A DNA stretch of 24,000 bases from Streptacidiphilus sp. P02-A3a. Its GTDB lineage: Bacteria; Actinomycetota; Actinomycetes; Streptomycetales; Streptomycetaceae. A program made the translations under genes and the position numbers. Location of the stretch: NCBI RefSeq assembly GCF_014084105.1, contig NZ_CP048289.1:419922-443921 (forward strand). The letters run 5' to 3'. The notes beneath the pieces were generated by a model. The model worked only from the letters and a program-made list of their open reading frames with translations. It did not search any database and was not told the origin of the DNA. Positions 15,299 through 23,291 of the stretch are shown here, one piece after another (the first letter of the stretch is position 1; every line of letters starts with the position of its first letter).

Positions 15299-15482
15299 AC
15301 TAGCGCGCTTCCTGTCAAAGGTCTCGGGCCTGCGGTCCTGACCACCGCCACGGTGGGCAGCTGGCCGGATCATGCACGGCCGGGTCCGGCCAGCGTCCGC
15401 GCTGGCGGACGCGGACGCGCTCAGGACACAGTGGGGCGTCGGCGAATTCGTTCTCCGGCGGTTCAGGAAAGGGGATTCCACG

Positions 15483-17021
15483 GTGGGCGCAAAGGGCATG
15501 GAAACGGGCGGCGGCGCTGAAATCCGACGTGCCGGGAACAGCAGTACCGGGAACAGTGGTGACGGGAACAGCCGAGACGGGAACAGCGGTTCCGGGAATA
15601 GCGATGGCGGGATTTCCAGGGCCACCCGGTGGCGCCGCCTCCTGGGCGTCCCGGAACTGGCGGGCCACGGCCGGGTGGTGGCCGCCACCACGCTGGACTC
15701 CCTGGGGGTGGGGATGTTCGTCCCGCTCTCGTTCCTGTTCTTCGTGCTGACCACCCACCTCAGCGTCGCCGACGTCGGCCTGGGCACCAGCGTCGCCACC
15801 CTGCTGTCGCTTCCGGTGGCGCCGGTGGCCGGCAGCATCGTCGACCGCTGGGGCCCGCGGAACTCGCTGGTGGCCAACAACTTCCTGGCCGCGGCCGGAT
15901 TCCTCTGCTACCTGCTGGTGGACTCACTGCCCACGCTGGTCGGCGCCATGTTCCTGGTGCTGTGCGCGGAGCGCCTGTACTGGGCCTCCTGGCCCGCCTT
16001 CGTGGCCGACCTGGCCGAGGGCGCGGAGCTGGACCGCTGGTACGCCTTCACGACCGCCGGTACGAACGCGAGCGTGGCGATCGGCGGGATGGCGGGCGGC
16101 CTGCTGCTGGGCAGCGGCTGGAAGGGCGCCGCGGTGCTCATCGTCGCGCTGAACGCGGCCACCAGTGTGGTCGCCGGGGTACTGCTGCTCGCGCCGTCGC
16201 GGTCCGGGGCACCCCAGCCGTCAGAGCCGTCCCAGCCGTCGGAGGTGTCCCAGACAGCCCAGGTGCCGGTGCGCCGGTCGGCCGCCGACCCCGCCGCCGA
16301 CCCCGCCGCCCCACCGGACGGGCCGGAGCCGCCGCGCGCCGGCTGGCGCACCCTGCTGCGGGACCCCGCCCTGCTGGCGCTGATGGCGGCGCAGGCCGCG
16401 TTCGCGTTCGCTTGGCTGATCCCGACCGTGGTCCTGCCGGTCTACCTGGTCGAGGTGGACCGCCTGCCGACCTGGCTGCCGTCCACCGCGCTCGCCGTCA
16501 ACGCGATCGCCATCGTCTCGGCCCAGTCGCCGCTCACCGCGCGGCTGGTCGCCTTCCGGCGGGCCCGGGTGATCTCCTGGGCGTCGCTGCTGATGCTCGG
16601 CTCGATCCTGCTGCTCGGACTCGGGGCGAGCGGCCGGGGCGCGACCACCGTGGTTGTCGTCTTCGCGGCGGTACTGCTCTTCACGGCCGGACAGATGATG
16701 TCCGGACCGGCCACCACCGCGATCGCCGCGACCGCGGCTCCGGCGGAGGCGCGCGGCCGGTACCTCTCGCTCTTCAACCTCACCTGGGCGCTGTCCGCGA
16801 CCGTGGGCCCGGTCCTCGTGGGCGCGCTGATCGAGCACCACGCGGCGGTCTTCTGGTGCGTCCTGGCGGCGCTGGTCGCCACGGGCGGCCTCGGCTACCG
16901 CCTGGCCGACCGCTTCGCCACCCCGCCCGCGACCCTCCGCGCCCGGCGGCAGCCCGAGCCCGAGCCCCAGCCCGAGCCCCAGCCCGAGCTGCCGCGCATC
17001 CGCGAGGAACTGGTCCGCTGA
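15483..17021 (+). CDS. MFS transporter with repeat-rich N-terminal tail, central loop and C-terminus
   Basis: GTG 15483 preceded by GAAAGGGGA (ATG 15498 is an alternative; the ORF-track start 15372 is unlikely). Twelve-TM-like hydrophobic pattern. A large Pro/Ser/Glu-rich central loop separates the two halves. Confidence 0.8.
   Translation: MGAKGMETGGGAEIRRAGNSSTGNSGDGNSRDGNSGSGNSDGGISRATRWRRLLGVPELAGHGRVVAATTLDSLGVGMFVPLSFLFFVLTTHLSVADVGLGTSVATLLSLPVAPVAGSIVDRWGPRNSLVANNFLAAAGFLCYLLVDSLPTLVGAMFLVLCAERLYWASWPAFVADLAEGAELDRWYAFTTAGTNASVAIGGMAGGLLLGSGWKGAAVLIVALNAATSVVAGVLLLAPSRSGAPQPSEPSQPSEVSQTAQVPVRRSAADPAADPAAPPDGPEPPRAGWRTLLRDPALLALMAAQAAFAFAWLIPTVVLPVYLVEVDRLPTWLPSTALAVNAIAIVSAQSPLTARLVAFRRARVISWASLLMLGSILLLGLGASGRGATTVVVVFAAVLLFTAGQMMSGPATTAIAATAAPAEARGRYLSLFNLTWALSATVGPVLVGALIEHHAAVFWCVLAALVATGGLGYRLADRFATPPATLRARRQPEPEPQPEPQPELPRIREELVR
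15534..15608. repeat. 15-bp in-frame tandem repeat x5 encoding GNSST/GNSGD/GNSRD/GNSGS/GNSDG
   Basis: GGGAACAGC-N6 units read directly. Located in the cytoplasmic N-terminal tail of the MFS protein. Confidence 0.85.
16950..16990. repeat. 12-bp/6-bp in-frame repeat (CAGCCCGAGCCC) encoding QPEPEPQPEPQPE at the MFS C-terminus
   Basis: Read directly. Confidence 0.8.
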
Positions 17022-17114
17022 TCCCTGTTTTTGCCCATTCCCCGGGCTCGCTTCGACAACATCGGCATCATGGGACGGAGTTGATGACGAGTCAGTCAGG
17101 GGGCCGGTAGCGGC

Positions 17115-17720
17115 ATGCGTGATCTTCTGGACCAGGAGCACGGCGTACGGCTGGACATCGCGGCGTATTTCGCCGAGTTCGAGGAGCTGTTCTGGCGTAT
17201 CGGAGCGGAGGGCTTCTGGAAGCTTGAGTGCCTCCAGTCCTACCAGGAACCCGGTTTCGCCAGCTGGGACGCGTTCAACCGGGGCGACTGGGCCGCCTCC
17301 CTGCAACTGCTGCGGGAGGAGGGCCCGGCGTTCGCGGACTTCTACGGGCAGATCCGGGTGGCCGGGTTCAGCCACCACCGGGTCCGCGTGGTGGAGGAGC
17401 CGGTCTCCCCGTACGTGCAGTGGGAACTGCATCTGCTCCAGGCCAAGGACCAGTACGGCGAGGGCGTCTCGGTGCTGACCCGCGACCGCGCGTTGGCCCT
17501 GGGCGCCACCCTGCCGCTGCCCGACCTGGTGGTCCTCGGCAAGGAGGCCCTGTACGAGGTGCACAGCACGCCGGAGGGGCGCCTCGCCGGCGCCACCCGC
17601 TACACGGACCGAGCGGTCGTCGACGGCGTCCGCACCCGCGTCCAGCAACTGCACCGCGGCGGCGAGCCCCTCGCGTCCTACTTCCCCCGAGCCGTCGCCG
17701 ACTTGGCCGCACCGTCCTGA
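17115..17720 (+). CDS. hypothetical protein, DUF6879-like
   Basis: 'FWKLECLQSYQE...W..F..G.W......L....' then 'HRVRVVEEPVSPYVQWEL...YGEGVSVL' resembles my recollection of the DUF6879 family. Good GC3. Confidence 0.6.
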   Translation: MRDLLDQEHGVRLDIAAYFAEFEELFWRIGAEGFWKLECLQSYQEPGFASWDAFNRGDWAASLQLLREEGPAFADFYGQIRVAGFSHHRVRVVEEPVSPYVQWELHLLQAKDQYGEGVSVLTRDRALALGATLPLPDLVVLGKEALYEVHSTPEGRLAGATRYTDRAVVDGVRTRVQQLHRGGEPLASYFPRAVADLAAPS

Positions 17721-17824
17721 GAGCGGGCCGCGACACGGCGGCCGGATCGGCCTCAGTACGATGATCGCCAGCCGACCGGACCCGCCGGTGGGTTTGCCCG
17801 CGGGCGGGGTACGGCCGTGATGCC

Positions 17825-19423
17825 GTGCCCGGACCTGCGATCCTCGTGGAGGTACTGGTGGGCGCACGTGCCCGGTCAATGGTCGGTGGGGTGCTGCTGC
17901 TCATGGTCGGCGGCTCCCTGTGGGGTACGCCGGCGCAGGCAGCGGGGCCCCTGTCCGCGCACCCCGCCGGGCCCGGGGCCCGGACCACGTGCGCGAACCC
18001 GAACCCGATCCCGTTCCACCCGGACTTCCAAGTACGCCACACCACGGGGACCGCGCCGCTGTCCGTGGTGTTCCAGAGCCTGGGTGACCAGGGCCCCTGT
18101 CCGATCGTCAGCACGTCGGTCGACTTCGGTGACCACGCCTCGGCGACGGGCGGCGCGACCCTCGACGTCCCCCACACCTACGCCAAGCCGGGTCTCTACC
18201 GGATATCGGTCACCGAGACCGACGACACCGGTGCCACCGCCAGTGACGACCTCACCACCCTGCTCGGCGGTGTCTACGCCGCGGACGGCCCGCAGCGGAT
18301 CCTGGACACGCGGTTCGGCACGGGTACGGCGAAGCGGCCGGTCCCGCCGGGAGGCACCCTGCGGCTGAAGGTCACCGGCTCCAAGGGCGTGCCCGCCGCC
18401 GGGGTCACCGCCGTCGTCCTGAACCTGACCGCGACCGGCTCCACCGGGGCCGGGTTCATCACCACCCACCCGGGCGGCAGCAGCACCCCGAACACCTCCA
18501 ACCTCAACTTCGCCCGCGACCAGACCATCTCCAACTCGGTCGTGGTCCCGGTCGCGAGCGACGGCACCATCGACCTGACCAACAGCGGCGGCGACAGCAC
18601 CGACCTGCTGGCCGACCTGCAGGGCTACTACACCGTCAGCGGGGGCCCCAGCGCCGGGTTCTACGACAACATCGGCCTCACCACCCGGCTGCTGGACACC
18701 CGGCAGTCCAACGCCGTGCACACCGGAGCGCTGGGCCCCGGCCAGAGCATCACCCTGCCCGTCCCCTTCCGGAGCGCCGACGACCCCGGTGCCTCCGCTC
18801 CCAACGCGGCCACGCTCCGGATCACCACCACGGCCGCGACCGCCAACGGCTACGTGACCGCGTCCGACAGCGCCGGCGCCCCCGGCACCTCCACCGTCAA
18901 CTTCACCGCTGACCAGACCATCAGCAACGTCGCCGTCGTCCCACTCGACGCCAACGGCGCGGTCCACCTCTACAACCACACCGGCCGCACCCAGGTCATC
19001 GTGGACCTCCTGGGAACCTTCAGCACCACCGCCGGCGAAGGCGCCGGCGAATACACCCCGATCACGCCCGAACGGGTGCTGGACACCCGCAACGGCACCG
19101 GAGCCCCCACGGCCAAGCTCCAGCCGGACCAGTTCCTCCAGGTCGACCTGCCCTCGTCGGCGAACCTCCCGATCGGCTCCGCCGTGGTGAACCTCACCGC
19201 GACCCGGGCCACCACCGACACCTACCTGAACGTCTTCGCCTGGGCCGACACCACCGCACCGCCCTCCCCGTTCGCCAGTGTCACCGTCGGCCCCGGCCAG
19301 ACCGTCTCCAGCCTCACCGAGACCAGCCTGGACTACACGTACGGCACCGCTTTCCACTTCGAGGTCCTCAACCCCCGCGGCGACGTCGACGCCATCGCCG
19401 ACGTCGAGGGCTACTACAGCTGA
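17825..19423 (+). CDS. secreted protein: signal peptide, PKD-like domain, then three tandem ~120-aa repeats
   Basis: Signal 'GARARSMVGGVLLLMVGGSLWGTPAQA' (true start probably GTG 17858 or ATG 17879). PKD-like 'GTAPLSVVF...VDFGD...HTYAKPGLYRISVTETDDTG'. Repeats at about 18272-18631, 18659-19021 and 19049-19420, each 'R.LDTR...(V/L)NLTAT...G(F/Y)(I/V)T...NF...QTISN..VVP....G...L....G....(I/L)(V/A)D(L/V).GY(Y/F)'. Confidence 0.8.
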   Translation: MPGPAILVEVLVGARARSMVGGVLLLMVGGSLWGTPAQAAGPLSAHPAGPGARTTCANPNPIPFHPDFQVRHTTGTAPLSVVFQSLGDQGPCPIVSTSVDFGDHASATGGATLDVPHTYAKPGLYRISVTETDDTGATASDDLTTLLGGVYAADGPQRILDTRFGTGTAKRPVPPGGTLRLKVTGSKGVPAAGVTAVVLNLTATGSTGAGFITTHPGGSSTPNTSNLNFARDQTISNSVVVPVASDGTIDLTNSGGDSTDLLADLQGYYTVSGGPSAGFYDNIGLTTRLLDTRQSNAVHTGALGPGQSITLPVPFRSADDPGASAPNAATLRITTTAATANGYVTASDSAGAPGTSTVNFTADQTISNVAVVPLDANGAVHLYNHTGRTQVIVDLLGTFSTTAGEGAGEYTPITPERVLDTRNGTGAPTAKLQPDQFLQVDLPSSANLPIGSAVVNLTATRATTDTYLNVFAWADTTAPPSPFASVTVGPGQTVSSLTETSLDYTYGTAFHFEVLNPRGDVDAIADVEGYYS

Positions 19424-19436
19424 GCCCGTGCGCGAG

Positions 19437-19471
19437 GGGTGCCCCGCCGCGCCAGGCGCGGCGGGGCACCC
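19437..19471. terminator. strong bidirectional hairpin (16-bp stem GGGTGCCCCGCCGCGC / GCGCGGCGGGGCACCC, 3-nt loop)
   Basis: Perfect complementarity, between the convergent stops at 19423 and 19490. Confidence 0.6.
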
Positions 19472-19489
19472 GTTCGCCCCGGCCCGGGC

Positions 19490-20074
19490 CTACTTGTAGC
19501 CGTTCCAGAAGTCCTGGCTGCCGGGGCAGTCGTGGTAGGTGTTCGACGCCCAGTAGGGCGTGCCGTCCTCCCACAGGACGAGGTTGCCGTCGGTCTGCAC
19601 GATGAGCTCGCTGTCCGCGCCGTGCCACTGGTTCATGCTCCACTGGACGCCCTTGATGCCGGTTTCCTCGTTGATGCCGTAGGTGGCGAGGTTGCCGTCG
19701 TTCCAGAAGTCCATCACGTGCAGGTTGCCGCTCTGCTCGTCGACGAAGCCCGATGCCCAGACGGCCTGACCGGCGTTGACGTCGCGGCCCAGGCCGTAGG
19801 AGTAGCCGCCGTTCTTGCAGTACAGCACGAGGTTGCCGTCGGACTGGTACTGGAGGTAGGTGAAGGCGCTGTTCCAGCGGGTGTTCGCCTGCCACTCCGA
19901 GTTGTTGGCGTACAGGGTCGAGGTGTGGGAGCACTGGGAGCTGTCCGCACCGCTGGAGAGGACGGTACAGACGTAGCTGGTTGCCGAAGCCGAGCTCGCT
20001 GGGCCCGCGGCAACGAAGCCGGCGGCGAGGGCGGCGGCTGCGGCGGCGGTCGCGGCTGTCTTCCGGATGCGCAT
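19490..20074 (-). CDS. secreted bulb-type (monocot mannose-binding, beta-prism II) lectin domain protein
   Basis: ATG 20074 with GGAGA SD. Sec signal 'MRIRKTAATAAAAAALAAGFVAAGPASSASA'. Three QxDxNxVxY-type motifs: QSDGNLVLY (canonical), WNDGNLATY and QTDGNLVLW (degenerate). Paired Cys at both ends. Confidence 0.8.
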   Translation of the reverse strand: MRIRKTAATAAAAAALAAGFVAAGPASSASATSYVCTVLSSGADSSQCSHTSTLYANNSEWQANTRWNSAFTYLQYQSDGNLVLYCKNGGYSYGLGRDVNAGQAVWASGFVDEQSGNLHVMDFWNDGNLATYGINEETGIKGVQWSMNQWHGADSELIVQTDGNLVLWEDGTPYWASNTYHDCPGSQDFWNGYK

Positions 20075-20190
20075 GGGGTCTCCTGTCAGAGGGTGGAGGC
20101 CGACGGAGCGGCAGCTCTGGGGCGAGCTCGCACCCGACTCCTCGGTGATCGGTGCGCGCTTCATCGGCGCGACCTCAGCTTTACGGTCGG

Positions 20191-20220
20191 CCCTTACACT
20201 CCGCCTACATCGCGCCTACA
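20191..20220. promoter_or_regulatory. three direct 8-mers (CCCTTACA, CGCCTACA, CGCCTACA) at exact 11-bp spacing; candidate SARP box
   Basis: Read directly at 20191, 20202 and 20213. On the minus strand the array (TGTAGGCG, TGTAGGCG, TGTAAGGG) is followed by an 8-bp spacer and then TAAAGC (20183-20178), pointing toward the lectin gene. Confidence 0.4.
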
Positions 20221-20254
20221 GTCATGGGCCAGGCGGTGACACGGGGGTGTGGGG

Positions 20255-23152
20255 ATGGAATTCAGCCTGCTCGGAACAGTTGAAGCCAGCGATGACGCCG
20301 GGGTGCTCTGCCCGGTGCCGCGGGGACGGTTGCGGAATCTGCTCGCGGCTCTGCTCGTCCACGCCGATGCGGCCGTCTCCGTCGACGCTCTGGCCGCGTG
20401 TGTCTGGGGGGAGGAGCAGCTCCCGCGGCGTCCCCGGGAAGCCCTCCAGGTGATGGTGGTGCGGCTGCGAAAGCACCTCGGCCCCGAAGTCGGCGCGCGG
20501 ATCACCAGTGCCCGGCCCGGGTACCGGCTGCTGGTCCAACCGGGCGAGGTGGACCTGCACCGCTTCGAGGAGCTGCTGCGGCGCGGCTCCGCGGCCCTGG
20601 CTACCCAGGACTGGCCCGCCGCCCGCGACCTGCTCGGGAAGGCGCTGGCGGTGTGGCGGGGGGATCCGCTGTCCGACGTACGCCCCGGCACGGTACTCGA
20701 CCGGGACCGCGACGCGCTGGCCGACCTCCGCTTGCGGGCCCGGATCCAGCTGATCGAAGCCCGCCTTCGGCTGGGCGGCCACGCCGAACTGGTGGCCGAT
20801 GTCGCGGCACTCGTTCAGGACCACCCCTTCGACGAGCAGCTACGGGCCCAGCTCATGCTCGCCCTGTACGGCTGCGGGCGGCGGGCCGAGGCCCTCGAAG
20901 CCTTCCAGAGCGCACGCCGCACCTTCGTGGAGGAACTGGGGATCGAGCCCGGCGTCGAACTGCGGGAGCTGCACCGGGCGGTGCTGGTGGACAGCCCGCG
21001 GCTCGGTCAGTGGGCACCGCCCGGCCCCGCCGCCGCCACCCGCGCACCGACGCACGGAGCCGTCGACTGGGCCGGTCCGGCCCAGTTGCCGGCGGACCTC
21101 GCCGACTTCACCGGTCGGGTACGGGTCGTGGCGCAGCTGGAGGCGCAGCTGGCGAAGGCCACCGGAGCGTGGGCCAGGGGTCCCCTGGTGCTGTCCGCGG
21201 TCAACGGCGCGGGCGGCATAGGCAAGACCTCACTCGCCGTCCACGTCGCCCATCGGGTCGCCGGCCACTTCCCCGACGGTCAGCTCCATGCCGACCTGCA
21301 CGGCACCGGCGGGGTGCCGGCAGAGCCCGGCGAGGTGCTCGCCCGGTTCCTGCGAGGGCTCGGCTTCCCGCCTGAAGGGGTGCCCGCCGACCTGGAGGAA
21401 CGCGGGGCGCTGTACCGGACCACGTTGGCCGCCCGACGGGTCCTGGTCCTGCTCGACAACGTCAGGGACGCCGCTCAGGTGCGTCCGCTGCTGCCGGGTT
21501 CCAGTACCTGTGCCGTCCTGATCACCAGCCGCAGCACGCTCCCCGGGCTCGACGGGGCGTCCAGGCTCACCCTCGACTTCCTCGACCCCGACGAGGCGCT
21601 GGCGCTCTTCACCCACATCGTCGGCTGTAGGACGACCACGGCCGACCTGGAAGCGGTCCACGCCGTGCTCAGGATCTGCGCGGGACTGCCACTGGCCATC
21701 CGCATCGCCGCCGGTCGGCTCGGTGCCAGAACTGACTGGAGTGTCCAGGAGCTGGCCCGGCGGATGGCTGACGAGCGGCTCCGACTCGGTGAGTTGGCGG
21801 TGGAGGACCGGGCGATCCGGACGAGCTTCGCGGTCAGCTACCGCGATCTGACGGCCGATCAGGCACGGGCGTTCCGGCTCCTGGGCCTCGCCGAGGGGCC
21901 CTCCCTCGGCGTTCCCGCCGCAGCCGCGCTGCTGGGCCTGCCAACGGCCGCGGCCGAACAGGTCCTGGAGGCTCTGGCCGATATCCATCTGCTGGAGTCC
22001 CCGGGCCGGGGCCGCTATCAGTTCCACGATCTGCTGCGCCTGTTCGCGGCCGAGTGCGCCCAGGCCTCGGAAACGCCCGCAGACCGGGACGCGGCGGTTC
22101 AGCGGTCGCTCGGCTGGTATCTCGCCAGCTCTGCGGCGGCCTCCCGGGTCCTTCAGCCGACCCGTCGGCACGTGGTGCTCGACCCGCCGGATCCGCGCTG
22201 GCCCGCGAGGGACTTCGACGGTTTCGACGCGGCCCTGGCCTGGTGCGAGACCGAACGGGGCAACCTCGTCGCGGCGGTCGCCCAAGCCACCCGGATCGGC
22301 AGCCACGAGATCGGCTGGAAGCTGCCGATCACCATGTGGGACCTGTTCCACCTGCGCCGCTGGCACGAGGACAACATCAACTGCAACGAGGCCGCACTGG
22401 CCAGTGCCCGGGCTCTGGACGATCGCGAAGCCACCGCCTGGGTACTCAACAGTCTGTCCGCGGCGTACCAGGCGGTGGGGCGGCTGGCGGAGGCAGCGGA
22501 CTGCCTCGACCGTGCCCTGGAGATTCGGACCGCCCTCGGTGACCTGCGCGGAGAGGGGTCCTGCCTGATCAACCTCGGCTACGTCCAGGTGGAGATGGAC
22601 CGGGCGGCGGAGGCGGTCGGGACGCTGGAACGGGCACTGGACATCTTCCGCGCCATCGCCCTGCCCAGCGGGGAGGCCACCGCGCAGACCAACCTCGGTG
22701 AGGCGCACCAGAAACTGGGGGACTTCACCGCCGCGCTACGACACCAGCGGGAGGCGCTCAGGATCCACGCGGAGCAGTCCGACGAGTTCCGGGTCGGCAG
22801 AGCACTGACCAACCTCGCCGAGACCCTGTTCAGGCTCGACCGCCTGGACGAGGCGGCGGACCACGCGGCGCGCGGCCACCAGGTCAACCGGATGACCGGC
22901 AACCAGGTCGACGAGGGGATCGCCTGGGACATCCTGGGCCAGGTGCACGCGGCCCGAGGGCACTACGCACTGGCCCGGCAGCACTGGCAGAACGCCCACG
23001 CCGTCCTCGACCCACTGAGCCACCCGCGCGCGGTGGAGATCGGCCTCCGCCTCGCGGCCCGCTCACCACTGACCGACCGGCCCGCCCCCACCGGCAGCCG
23101 CCCCGGAGCGGGAGAGCCGAACCGTGGCCCTCACGTCAGTGCCGGGCCGTAG
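20255..23152 (+). CDS. AfsR/SARP-family regulator (OmpR-type winged helix, BTAD, NB-ARC P-loop NTPase, TPR)
   Basis: 'MEFSLLGTVEA...LLAALLVHADAAVSVDALAACVW' and 'PGYRLLV' (wHTH). 'WRGDPLSDV...LRAQLMLALYGCGRRAEALEAFQSARRTFVEELGIEPG' (BTAD). Walker A 'GAGGIGKTSLA' and 'VLVLLDNV' (NB-ARC). C-terminal TPR-like repeats. GTG 20249 is an alternative start. Confidence 0.9.
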   Translation: MEFSLLGTVEASDDAGVLCPVPRGRLRNLLAALLVHADAAVSVDALAACVWGEEQLPRRPREALQVMVVRLRKHLGPEVGARITSARPGYRLLVQPGEVDLHRFEELLRRGSAALATQDWPAARDLLGKALAVWRGDPLSDVRPGTVLDRDRDALADLRLRARIQLIEARLRLGGHAELVADVAALVQDHPFDEQLRAQLMLALYGCGRRAEALEAFQSARRTFVEELGIEPGVELRELHRAVLVDSPRLGQWAPPGPAAATRAPTHGAVDWAGPAQLPADLADFTGRVRVVAQLEAQLAKATGAWARGPLVLSAVNGAGGIGKTSLAVHVAHRVAGHFPDGQLHADLHGTGGVPAEPGEVLARFLRGLGFPPEGVPADLEERGALYRTTLAARRVLVLLDNVRDAAQVRPLLPGSSTCAVLITSRSTLPGLDGASRLTLDFLDPDEALALFTHIVGCRTTTADLEAVHAVLRICAGLPLAIRIAAGRLGARTDWSVQELARRMADERLRLGELAVEDRAIRTSFAVSYRDLTADQARAFRLLGLAEGPSLGVPAAAALLGLPTAAAEQVLEALADIHLLESPGRGRYQFHDLLRLFAAECAQASETPADRDAAVQRSLGWYLASSAAASRVLQPTRRHVVLDPPDPRWPARDFDGFDAALAWCETERGNLVAAVAQATRIGSHEIGWKLPITMWDLFHLRRWHEDNINCNEAALASARALDDREATAWVLNSLSAAYQAVGRLAEAADCLDRALEIRTALGDLRGEGSCLINLGYVQVEMDRAAEAVGTLERALDIFRAIALPSGEATAQTNLGEAHQKLGDFTAALRHQREALRIHAEQSDEFRVGRALTNLAETLFRLDRLDEAADHAARGHQVNRMTGNQVDEGIAWDILGQVHAARGHYALARQHWQNAHAVLDPLSHPRAVEIGLRLAARSPLTDRPAPTGSRPGAGEPNRGPHVSAGP

Positions 23153-23162
23153 GCTGGCGGGT

Positions 23163-23291
23163 ATGGCGAAGAGTGGCGTGGGTGAGGCTGCGGGGGCGCG
23201 GCCGGAGGATCTGGTCACCCTGCCCGGGGTCGGCCGCAAGACCGCCAACGTCGTCCTGGGCAATGCCTTCGGTTCTCTCACTTTGGTATGA
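23163..23291 (+). pseudogene. nth: remnant of endonuclease III (nth) covering only the helix-hairpin-helix segment
   Basis: The 42-codon frame reads 'MAKSGVGEAAGARPEDLVTLPGVGRKTANVVLGNAFG|SLTLV*'. 'LPGVGRKTANVVLGNAFG' is the Nth HhH signature. Homology stops near 23273, where GC content falls. About 100 expected N-terminal residues and the whole [4Fe-4S] C-terminal half are missing. Too short for the ORF track. Confidence 0.6.

Noticed and set aside
20075-20164. 30-codon N-terminal extension of the lectin (ORF-track start at 20164)
   Set aside because: The extension would bury a textbook Sec signal peptide internally. ATG 20074 has a GGAGA SD. GC3 of the extension is high, so this rejection is not absolute.
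20249-23152. STAND NTPase as an Avs-like antiphage sensor or defence gene
   Set aside because: The N-terminus is a SARP winged-helix plus BTAD DNA-binding module with no nuclease, protease or other effector domain. The architecture matches AfsR-type transcriptional regulators.
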